NCBI GenBank assembly: GCA_049513715.1
Contig: JBEKVV010000001.1
Span: forward strand, 448,001 to 512,000
Source: Candidatus Bathyarchaeia archaeon
Lineage (GTDB): Archaea; Thermoproteota; Bathyarchaeia; 40CM-2-53-6
DNA: 64,000 nucleotides
Direction of reading: 5' to 3'
Shown in pieces: positions 47,763 to 56,352 of this stretch (within the stretch, counting starts at the first letter, position 1; every line of letters begins with the position of its first letter). The notes beneath the pieces were generated by a model. That model had not been told where the DNA came from. It saw only the letters and a program-made list of their open reading frames with translations, and did no database searches. A program made the translations under genes and the position numbers.

Positions 47763-47984
47763 GTGACATTGAACATGGTGGAACTGCGTGTAGGAGCTGA
47801 CACCACAGAATTTCTAGCTAAATTATTCGCAGCCGTAGTTGTAATTCACATCCTCGCCGCAGTCTTGTATCTGCCATTTTACACGTATCTCACACAACAG
47901 GAATGGATGGTTCTTTCCGATTTCATCAATGCAGTTGCGAAGGCACTTCGGGATTTCTTTGGTTCCTTCCTCGGATTCCTCTAG
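47763..47984 (+). CDS. small membrane protein
   Basis: TM helix plus amphipathic C-terminus. Confidence 0.5.
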   Translation: MTLNMVELRVGADTTEFLAKLFAAVVVIHILAAVLYLPFYTYLTQQEWMVLSDFINAVAKALRDFFGSFLGFL

Positions 47985-47994
47985 GGGATGTTTG

Positions 47995-48162
47995 ATGATG
48001 AAACCGAAAGACGCAGCGTTAATCGCGTTGATTGTTGAAGGTGGAGCTTGGCTATACCAACGATTGCAGAATCATCCGCTTGAATGTTCGTGCGGAGGAT
48101 GTGTCGCGATTAATCTCTCGATTCCAATGACACTGTCGTTCTGTCTTGGTGAATCAAAATGA
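47995..48162 (+). CDS. small hypothetical protein (H..ECSCGGC)
   Basis: Overlaps the next ATG; part of a compact operon. Confidence 0.45.
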   Translation: MMKPKDAALIALIVEGGAWLYQRLQNHPLECSCGGCVAINLSIPMTLSFCLGESK

Positions 48163-48419
48163 AAAAAGAAGCGATGACGCAGATAGTCAATGAGGAACTA
48201 GCGCATATTCCGAGAACGGGTAGGCACATCTATGATGCTCAAGCGCAACTACGAGGAATGTACAACGCCATGCGGAGACATGGCCTTAAGTTCGGCAAAA
48301 CGAAGGAAAGAACTCTAGTAGAGTGTATCGAGTTTTTGAGGAAAGATCATCCGTCTTGGCAACCAGTGTTTGACAAAGCATTCTTCCTCATGCAAGAGTC
48401 AGAGGTGATTCAGTCTTGA
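48159..48419 (+). CDS. hypothetical protein
   Basis: 86 aa; overlapping start/stop with both neighbours. Confidence 0.6.
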   Translation: MKKEAMTQIVNEELAHIPRTGRHIYDAQAQLRGMYNAMRRHGLKFGKTKERTLVECIEFLRKDHPSWQPVFDKAFFLMQESEVIQS

Positions 48420-48664
48420 GCTATAGAGTAGGTCGAAGTCGAATGTTTACGAGGCGAAACAACCCCCGGTACTACAGGCTAGGGCACATTCCGCGTTCCA
48501 AGATTCAACCTTCAAAGATTGGGGATGCGATAATCGATAAAGTCGTCCCCGATCATGCCGAAATCAAAGTCGGTGGGCCTGCTCCATTCCCACGAGCAAA
48601 GGTTGAATGGGACAGGGAAAAGAAGGTACGAATCTCTCAACTTCGTAAGCGGTTCCTTGAGTAG
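48416..48664 (+). CDS. basic hypothetical protein
   Basis: GAGGTGA SD upstream of TTG; Arg/Lys rich. Confidence 0.5.
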   Translation: MSYRVGRSRMFTRRNNPRYYRLGHIPRSKIQPSKIGDAIIDKVVPDHAEIKVGGPAPFPRAKVEWDREKKVRISQLRKRFLE

Positions 48665-48668
48665 GCAA

Positions 48669-48719
48669 CCCCCCACGAGTTACCAGACCAACAAACCACC
48701 CATTGAAGTTACCAGAACC
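48669..48719 (-). repeat. right motif array (inverted relative to 46348-46478)
   Basis: CCACCCATTGAAGTTACCAGAACC matches the reverse complement of 46419-46442 at 21/24. Confidence 0.7.
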
Positions 48720-48891
48720 ATGCACCCCCCACCCCCACTGCGAAAGGGCAAAAACCGGAGGAATACGTAGGTTTCCGCGCATTCCAGCCCTTTTTTCTCC
48801 GGTTGGTTTGGCTATCAGAAACTTGACGACACTTAGTTTGCGCGGCCAAACAGGTGGTGCTCGCTCCGCTGCCTCAGATCATTGAATATTG

Positions 48892-49422
48892 TTACCTATT
48901 GAATCGTTCAAGAAAGAGAAGGCAGAAGATGGCGAGGGCAATTCCACATAGAATGGACAGAAACACAGCGCCATTCCCTGTGAGACAATGCGCCCACAGG
49001 CTAACGGATATGATTGTTGCAACATTAGAAGTCGCCCCCAGTAGTAAGCGGAGCACAATCAGAAGACCAATAACAGCCAAAAATATTCCTTGAAGGATTT
49101 TCGATAGGAATTCCAACTTAAGGTTTGACCATTGTGCAAGCAAGGATGGTCTTAGCCGAATTGCAATAAGAACTATGCCCGTCGCAAACGGCAGCAATGT
49201 GAGAAACGATTGATTCTCGGCAAAAGACCAGAAGGTTTCCAGTGTCGGCTTCTCAAAGAAAGTGCGAACGATGCTATTTCCTTCACATTCGCCGAACCCA
49301 AGGTGAACGAATAGCGCAGATGTTCCTCAATCCAAGAGAACGGAAATCGCATACAACACTATTAGGGATGCAAAGCCTCGCTGGCTTCGGATATTCTTAA
49401 GGAAAGCAAACATTACGATCAT
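48892..49422 (-). pseudogene. DUF5658-like membrane protein with an in-frame TGA
   Basis: ...VLLD*GTSALFVHLGFGECEGNSIVR...; stop at 49327-49329. Confidence 0.5.
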
Positions 49423-50126
49423 CTTTCAAGATAAGGTGCTGCAGCACTTGCAATATTCTAGTCGGTTTCGCGACGACGCGCATTTTCGCCATTCGAATTC
49501 GTGACTGTGGGCCTATTCGCTCGTTGGGGGGCCAAGGGCCAACGTACTTCGACATAGCCAACTATCGCTCTTCTAGCTTGCGTCTCGCAACTTAGCGTTG
49601 TCTCCGATGGATACTGGTCGGCATGAATGGCGGGTGTGGGACAACGCGGGCGAGTCTTGCGACATCGAAGAACGCAGAGTTCAACGACGCCACTACTCGC
49701 CGGTCGCCCCGGTCGGATACAGACAGTAGCGCTCAGCATTAGCCTCTTACAGGTCTGCTGTTAGCGCATCCAATCTCTACGTTGAGTATTAAAAGACCGA
49801 AGAAATTCATGCATCTGAGATTAGAGACAGCAAGGGACAAACTGTTCAGCTCACTGGTGTCCCTACCGACACTTGGGGGCGGCCGCCTGAAACTTGGGCC
49901 GGGTTGGAGACGGAGCGGTAGCGGCCTAGGGCTGAAAGTGAAAGGGATTGGAAAGTGGGGGGCCGCTGCCGAAACAGAAGGCGGGAGATGGGAGGGTGAG
50001 CGGAAGCGGGTGGAAAGGGGAATTGAAAGGGGAGCAAACGGGAATTGAGCGGGAAGAAAAGCATCATGGCCAAGATCATACAAAGGGCCAAAAGGGCCAA
50101 AGTGTCGGCGGACGGACGCTCGCCGG

Positions 50127-50285
50127 TCAGACATTCTCGACGATCAGCCGCTTGCCTTCGACTTTGAGCTTGACCTCTCCCTTTTCGTCAGGCAGGGGGA
50201 ACTGCGAGTCCCCGCTGATGATGATCGGCACATAGATCAGGAATCGTCCGTCCGCTCTCCAATAGCTTCCCTTCCCTTCCAGCAT
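50127..50285 (-). CDS. 52-aa AbrB-like protein (DSQFP type; not in ORF track)
   Basis: MLEGKGSYWRADGRFLIYVPIIISGDSQFPLPDEKGEVKLKVEGKRLIVENV. Confidence 0.7.
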   Translation of the reverse strand: MLEGKGSYWRADGRFLIYVPIIISGDSQFPLPDEKGEVKLKVEGKRLIVENV

Positions 50286-50391
50286 TGTCGTTTGCCGCGT
50301 CTCTGGAAGAGATACACTTATTTGTTTCTTCCTACGTATAACCCTGCGTCTAACGGCACGTTGAACTCTTCGTTAGACACGAAACTTCCAT

Positions 50392-51279
50392 GTGAGAAAG
50401 AAAGAAAAAGGAGGCGTTCCGAGAATGGCTTTGAGCGTAGTGGTTCGAGTCCGTCTGAGCCGGAAGGTTGAGGAGATCGTCGGGTCTCCGTCCTGGGGCG
50501 GACGCGACAGGTTTCTGGAAAGAGTGAGTTCGTGCTGGCTGTACGCCGAACCCAACCGGAAGTGGGATGGTAAGCGATGGATTGACCTTGGAATCCGGCA
50601 GGTTTTGGTGGCCGGCAACGCGAAGCTGATCCTTGCTCCGCGTGACGGGCAGACTTGGCAGTGGGACGCCACAGACATCTACCACGCGGGGAAGAACGAC
50701 TGGGCGGTCGCCATCGCCGGCCAGGAGGCTGAGGCCGAGTTTCTATCGTCCGATGCCGCGTGCATGGAAACCGTAGGAAAAGAAGTCGTCGAGGCTGCGC
50801 CGACAGTTCAGCCGATTGCTCCCGCGTCTCAGGAAGCGCCGAAAACGCCGATCAGAAAGTGTCCGAAGTGCGGGGCCAGCCAAAAAGAAGAAGCGAAATT
50901 CTGTGACGGTTGCGGGGCGAAGCTTCCCGAATTCCTTGTCCGGGAGTTCGCCATAGTTTTCTTCGACGACCGTGAAAAACTGGCAGAGTTTCAGGACGCG
51001 AGGGTCAACGCGGCCCTTGTCCGCGCAGAGAGGGGTAGGAAGGTCAGCCGACAAGTCCTATTCGATGACCGCTACGCCGTTCTTCTCCGTGCTTCGGCTA
51101 AGGATGCGAGTTCGGCAGCGGACTTGGACACTCTTCGAGCAGTATTCGCAGAGTTCGAGGACGGAACGAAGACGAAGTACGGCGAAGTCCTTACGGACGC
51201 TTACGAACTAAAAACACTGCGCAAGATGCTGCTCGAAAAATATCCCGAGTCGGAGCTGTGGCGCGGGGACGAAGAGTAG
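50392..51279 (+). CDS. zinc-ribbon domain hypothetical protein
   Basis: CPKCGA...KFCDGCGAKL. Confidence 0.7.
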   Translation: MRKKEKGGVPRMALSVVVRVRLSRKVEEIVGSPSWGGRDRFLERVSSCWLYAEPNRKWDGKRWIDLGIRQVLVAGNAKLILAPRDGQTWQWDATDIYHAGKNDWAVAIAGQEAEAEFLSSDAACMETVGKEVVEAAPTVQPIAPASQEAPKTPIRKCPKCGASQKEEAKFCDGCGAKLPEFLVREFAIVFFDDREKLAEFQDARVNAALVRAERGRKVSRQVLFDDRYAVLLRASAKDASSAADLDTLRAVFAEFEDGTKTKYGEVLTDAYELKTLRKMLLEKYPESELWRGDEE

Positions 51280-51490
51280 TTGCGGGAGGTGACTTGACCT
51301 GTTCAGAAATAGGGTTGGTCTGGCCGGCGTCGGCGCCGTAATCGCGGGGGTATGGCTTCTCTGCTTCGCGGTTGCTTCGGCAATCGTGTCCGCGTACCAG
51401 TCGGCCTACTGGCCTGCCTTCTACGCGATGGCTGTCGGAGCTTCCCTCGTTGCTTCCGGCACGGTGTTGGCCAGAACGTTCAGGTAGGGG

Positions 51491-51736
51491 CTACTTGTTT
51501 GGCCCTCCCAGACTTGGCCCGATGGCTCTGGGGTTTTGGAGCCACCGCATGGCTGCCTTCTTGGTTTTGAACTCCTCGACAAAACAGTCGGCTGTGGTGT
51601 TGTCTGTTGCGACCCACCATTGGCCCTCCTTGGCCAAGTAAAGTGCTCGATAGCGCTCCATCTTCCACCGCTCGCTATGTTCAATGAGACGGTGAATGAA
51701 CCGCTTCGAGACCTGCCTGACTCTGCGCTTCTTCAA
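51491..51736 (-). CDS. hypothetical phage/plasmid-type protein
   Basis: WVATDNTTADCFVEEF...AMRWL; overlapping operon. Confidence 0.6.
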   Translation of the reverse strand: MKKRRVRQVSKRFIHRLIEHSERWKMERYRALYLAKEGQWWVATDNTTADCFVEEFKTKKAAMRWLQNPRAIGPSLGGPNK

Positions 51737-51978
51737 GATTTGTTCGCCTCCTTATCGGGGGAATAGTTCGCTACTCCTTCCTCGAAGATGTCCGGAAGAT
51801 CTGCGTCACAGCGTGGGCATTTTTGCTCGCATGAACCGCCGTAGGGGTCGGTGTTGCTGTATGTGCCTGTCTTGGGGTTGAACTCGTATTGCTCGCAGGT
51901 GCCGTACTCGACCTTGTCCAGCGGTTCGCCGCATTCGGGGCATTTTGGAGCCTGGAAGTGTTCAGTCGAATTCGGCAT
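51733..51978 (-). CDS. zinc-finger protein
   Basis: CPECG...CPRC. Confidence 0.65.
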   Translation of the reverse strand: MPNSTEHFQAPKCPECGEPLDKVEYGTCEQYEFNPKTGTYSNTDPYGGSCEQKCPRCDADLPDIFEEGVANYSPDKEANKS

Positions 51979-52474
51979 AGAGCGCTCCCTTCCTGATTGC
52001 TTCGGTGATGTTGGTTTCCGATTCTAGTTGCTGGTCGGTCAGGTTCTCCTGTTCGCTGTCATCGATCAGGTTGAACACGTCCCAGTGGCTCTTCTCGTAC
52101 CAGACACGTTTGCTTGACCGAAGTCCGCCGGTGAGGCAGAGAAAGACATCAACTCCGTCGGCCTGGGCGGCGAGTGTTCGAAGTTCTTGAAGAGTTTTGA
52201 TTTGTGGTTTGGCGGCTTTCAGTTGTTCCGCCAAGGTGTCGAGCAGCTTGGCTTCCTGGGGGTATACTTCTGGGTCGGTGTCGAAGTCGCTCAGCCAGTC
52301 CAACGCGTACCTCAGGGTTTCAGGGTCGAGTTCGATCTGTAGTTTCAACCTTGAACCGCATCCTTCGGGTGTCTGACCTCGAAGTTCGTGTTCCAGTCGG
52401 GAGCGATCACCGCTTTGCTTCCGCAGACCGGACATCTTCCGTTCTTCCTGAGGTTTCCGTGGTTGTTTGGACAT
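51962..52474 (-). CDS. hypothetical protein
   Basis: GGLRSSKRV, FNLIDDSEQ, TNITEAIRKGAL. Confidence 0.6.
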   Translation of the reverse strand: MSKQPRKPQEERKMSGLRKQSGDRSRLEHELRGQTPEGCGSRLKLQIELDPETLRYALDWLSDFDTDPEVYPQEAKLLDTLAEQLKAAKPQIKTLQELRTLAAQADGVDVFLCLTGGLRSSKRVWYEKSHWDVFNLIDDSEQENLTDQQLESETNITEAIRKGALYAEFD

Positions 52475-52501
52475 TCGTATTCCACATCGTCCATTTCCAT
52501 T

Positions 52502-53350
52502 TCACCTCACGGGTTCGCTTCGGCGGATGGCGGGCATGGCCGGCGCGACCATGACCCTCCTGGCAACGTCCTCGTACCTTTGCCTCGCCAACGGTTGCGC
52601 TGCGAGTTTGTGCGTCGCGTAGTTCGTCAGCGCGTTCGCCAGGTCGTATTTGGTGAGGTCGGTAGTCCGCTCCAGCCTCCTAACGATCTTCTCGGAGACT
52701 TTCGGCCCGATGTCGAGCCTTTTCAGCACGGTGTTGACGTCTTCAGTGAGGCGTTCTTGGGCTGCTCGTTGGACTAGCCGCTCGAACTGGGGCCGCTGTT
52801 CTCGGATGCGGCGGATAGCGAGCCGAACCCAGTTGCGGACGCTGCTGCTTCCGACGTGGATTTTTCTGGCCGCCATTTCCTTCGTCCACGCGTGCAGGCC
52901 GTTCTCGCAAACCTTCCTCCACGCGTAGTAGGCTGCGCTGACTGCGGTGCTTCCGTCGTAGCTGTTTCCGAAGAGAATGCCGTCCCTGTAGGTGTCTCCG
53001 GATATTGGCTGGAACTCTTGCGGTGAGAGGGCGGTTACCCAGATGCGCCCCTCGTCGTTCCAAGTGTCGACTCTGCCGTGGCTGTCGTCAAAGCCGAATT
53101 CCGCCAGCTGGGAGACCACTGCCTTGATGAGGGCGGCGTGCTGGACCACGGTGTAGGTTTTGCCCGAGATTTGCCAGAGCCTGTCGCCGCTGAAGACCGC
53201 TTTGTAGTCTCCTGCGTTGCGCCAGGTTTCTGCGGCACGGGAAAACTTGGCTAGTGACTTGGTTTCTGCCACCGGCAGCTTGTCGCCGACGGCTAGGAGT
53301 TCGTCCAGGCCACTGAACTCATAGCTCGAAAACTTCGTTGCGTTGCTCAA
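52502..53350 (-). CDS. DUF932/DUF945-like phage/plasmid protein
   Basis: YTVVQH, NSYDGS, RKVCENG, KIHVG, YDLANALTNYATH; GGAGGTGA SD. Confidence 0.85.
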   Translation of the reverse strand: MSNATKFSSYEFSGLDELLAVGDKLPVAETKSLAKFSRAAETWRNAGDYKAVFSGDRLWQISGKTYTVVQHAALIKAVVSQLAEFGFDDSHGRVDTWNDEGRIWVTALSPQEFQPISGDTYRDGILFGNSYDGSTAVSAAYYAWRKVCENGLHAWTKEMAARKIHVGSSSVRNWVRLAIRRIREQRPQFERLVQRAAQERLTEDVNTVLKRLDIGPKVSEKIVRRLERTTDLTKYDLANALTNYATHKLAAQPLARQRYEDVARRVMVAPAMPAIRRSEPVR

Positions 53351-53848
53351 TCCAATTTCACCTCCATTTTCATTTCTTCGTCGTCGGTCGTTCGGTCGTG
53401 CGGGACGCGGCTTTTACTAGCCGCCTCCCAAGTTTTCGTTTCAATAAATCCCACAATCTCACCTCCTTTGGTTGTCGTGGGGGCCAGCGTTCAGAGAAGT
53501 CGTGTTCGGTGTCCGGCAGAGCGTCCGCTGACCAGTCGACGCTCGTCCGGTTTCAGGGATTAATGAGAAAACCTACGCCGTTTACGGGCGGCAGGAATTG
53601 TAGTCCGCTTTTGAACCGGCTGCGTAGGCGTACCGGTTGGGGACGTGAAGCGAGCAATCCTCCTGCACTCCTTCTCGAAGGCTTAGAAAACCAAAACCAC
53701 CCTGACAGACCTGAAGGTCAGAACTACTCATGCCCCGTTCAAGGATGCAACGAACTGGACTGATGTCAGGCGTCCACTAGCAGATTTGCTACGGTACATA
53801 TGAAAGGCTAATTTCCAAGAACCCGACCTACAACCTACTCGACGACAA

Positions 53849-54442
53849 ATGCCTTTCTGCTCACAGTGCGGTACCGAAGTAGAGTTGCATTTCTGTTGGC
53901 GATGCGGTGCACCCCTATTCCAAGCAGACTACGAACTTGTGGCTGAGGCAGTAGATGAGCTTGGTCGCCGCTTCATAGATCAGTATGAGGGATTGGAGCG
54001 ACAGATCCGAGCCGCTTTCAGTGATGCAAGGTTCGCTTTCCACGAAGCCATCGGGTGCTGTAAGAATGGAAACTATCTTGCTTCTGCAGTAATGTGTCGG
54101 GAAACCATCGACGGCATAATCCTCCTAGCAGTACTTCACACTGTAGATTCGCAAAAGCAACCAATCATCGACATCAACACGCTAGAGCAATTTTCGGAAA
54201 AAGAAATTCCTTGGGATCAATTAAGGCAGTGGGCAACGGATAGAAAATACGTTGATCAAACGCTTCTGAACACGATTCAGGACATACGAAAACTAGGCAA
54301 CTTCGCGGCCCATTACGTTGAACAAGTCATGCGAGGAGTAGCAGAGGCAGCTAGTGCACCATACCGAGTATGGATTTCCCCTGAGGAAGCGTACAGATCC
54401 TTACACATCGTGAGTCAATTCGTTATGAGCGTAATAGGATAA
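53849..54442 (+). CDS. zinc ribbon + DUF4145 (HEPN-like) protein
   Basis: CSQC...CWRC; EAIGC, ASAVMCRETID, IRKLGNFAAH. Confidence 0.8.
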   Translation: MPFCSQCGTEVELHFCWRCGAPLFQADYELVAEAVDELGRRFIDQYEGLERQIRAAFSDARFAFHEAIGCCKNGNYLASAVMCRETIDGIILLAVLHTVDSQKQPIIDINTLEQFSEKEIPWDQLRQWATDRKYVDQTLLNTIQDIRKLGNFAAHYVEQVMRGVAEAASAPYRVWISPEEAYRSLHIVSQFVMSVIG

Positions 54443-54681
54443 CTCTGCCTGTAATCAAGAACGCAATTAGGAGTTGTGAGACTCATCTAAACAGCAGCGG
54501 CGCGAGAGGCTCTGAAATTGAATCATGTTTGACGCGCTACCTTCTGAATTGCCACTCTTCTTCCGCGAAATCGTCCTGTTTCTCTCGGACACAAAGGGGC
54601 GGTCCTGTGAGGTAGTACTTAAGACCAAGCAGGTTCCGATTTCTGGAGCGTGTCCAATCAAACCAGACAGGTAGTGAGACG

Positions 54682-56061
54682 ATGAACGTGATAATAGAGG
54701 GTGCTACGATCGTCACAATGGATGACAGTCGGAGAGTAGTCAACGACGGAACATTAGTAATAGAACAAGACCGGATCGCTAAGATTTGCAAGCACCATGA
54801 GCTCCAGAAGACGCAATATCATGGATATGAGATTCTTGACGCGCGAGGGAAAGCGATATTCCCAGGGTTCATAAACGCACACACTCATGTTGCTATGCAA
54901 CTGTTTCGCGGAATTTGTGAAGATCAGCCCAACTCACTCTACGACTACATTTTCCCGATGGAACGCTATCTTACCGGTGAAGACTGCTACATCGGGAGCC
55001 TGCTCGGTTGTGTAGAAGCATTGAAGTCCGGGGTCACATGCATCTCAGACCACTATCATTTCATGGAGCACACTGCAAAGGCCGTGGAGGAGACTGGAAT
55101 CCGCGGAGTACTAGCACACAAAATATGGGAAATCGATCTCTCGGACCCGCCACGTTACGACCTGAAAGCCAAGCGCGGGGTGTACAATTACGTCAGAGAA
55201 GAAGCAGAAAAGAGACTAGCAGAAGGAGTAAAACTGGTGCGGGAGTGGCACAACGCTGCCAGCGGGAGGATCACATGTCGTCTGGGGCCCCACGCGCCAG
55301 ACACGTGTTCTACCGAAATCCTACAAAGAATCAGAGAACTCGCCAGCAAGCACAACGTTGGCATCTTCATTCATTGTTCTCAGTCAGAAATGGAGGTTCA
55401 GCAGATCCAGCGACGCTCTCGCAAGAGTGGCTCAGTCGATTACCTAGACAACATAGGTTTCTTGGGCCCAGACGTACTTGCCGCCCATTGTATCTTTGTG
55501 AATCAGAAGGAGATTCGTGTCCTTAGGAACACGGGCACAAAAGTCTCGCACAATCCAGTTTCGAATGCTGAAGACGGAGTCGTAGCTCCGATTGTTGATA
55601 TGCTAGGATTAGGAGTCACTGTAGGTCTTGGAACTGACTGTTTTTCAATGGACATATTAAGTGAGATGAGACACGCCGCATTGCTCAACAAAGTGAAGCA
55701 TGGCAACCCCTTGGTTATCTCAGCTCGAAAAGTCTTAGAAATGGCAACGCGTGGGTCTGCACAGTGCTTGGGTCTAGAGAAAGAAATTGGATCGCTTCAA
55801 GAGGGAAAGAAAGCTGACATCGTAATAGTCGACCTGAGAAAACCCCACCTCGTCCCTATGAAATCCGTAGAAACGAACCTAGTCTACTACGCTCTACCTT
55901 CAGATATCGACACAGTCATAATAAACGGCGAAATCGTTGTCAAAGATGGCAGGGTCACTACTATCGACGAGAACATGATACTCGAAAAAGCCCGGAAAAC
56001 TGCGCGGGATTGGTGGAAGAGAAGCGGTAAAGTGCCGGACTCTGACCAACACATGATTTAG
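54682..56061 (+). CDS. amidohydrolase, MTA/SAH deaminase-chlorohydrolase family
   Basis: PGFINAHTH, GPHAPDTC, IHCSQS, AAHC, LGTD, GKKAD. Confidence 0.9.
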   Translation: MNVIIEGATIVTMDDSRRVVNDGTLVIEQDRIAKICKHHELQKTQYHGYEILDARGKAIFPGFINAHTHVAMQLFRGICEDQPNSLYDYIFPMERYLTGEDCYIGSLLGCVEALKSGVTCISDHYHFMEHTAKAVEETGIRGVLAHKIWEIDLSDPPRYDLKAKRGVYNYVREEAEKRLAEGVKLVREWHNAASGRITCRLGPHAPDTCSTEILQRIRELASKHNVGIFIHCSQSEMEVQQIQRRSRKSGSVDYLDNIGFLGPDVLAAHCIFVNQKEIRVLRNTGTKVSHNPVSNAEDGVVAPIVDMLGLGVTVGLGTDCFSMDILSEMRHAALLNKVKHGNPLVISARKVLEMATRGSAQCLGLEKEIGSLQEGKKADIVIVDLRKPHLVPMKSVETNLVYYALPSDIDTVIINGEIVVKDGRVTTIDENMILEKARKTARDWWKRSGKVPDSDQHMI

Positions 56062-56352
56062 CTCATCCAAGCTGACTAACGCTCCCCAAAGAACCCCTCA
56101 GAGTACTCGCTGCAAGGATCTAAGAGTGATTTCGTACGGAGAAAGCCTAGTTCTCGGACTGCCTCTATTCAACTTCCTCATGATTTCGTTTGCGAGGCCT
56201 CTGAAGCCGTCGTTTTCCTATCTTCAATCTCATATAGCATATAAGACTATAAGACAGCATCCAAACTAGGTGGCGGAATTTGCTTCAACCGATCTCTCTG
56301 AGGTCACTGGGGGATCCACAACGGACATGCATCTAGCAACGAGGGAAAGAAG

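Noticed and set aside
24040..49329. In-frame TAG/TGA codons as pyrrolysine or selenocysteine recoding
   Set aside because: They fall at probable Trp or Gly positions in truncated or frameshifted genes; decay is the simpler explanation
49458..50235. ORFs across the G-rich tract
   Set aside because: Low-complexity translations with no motifs
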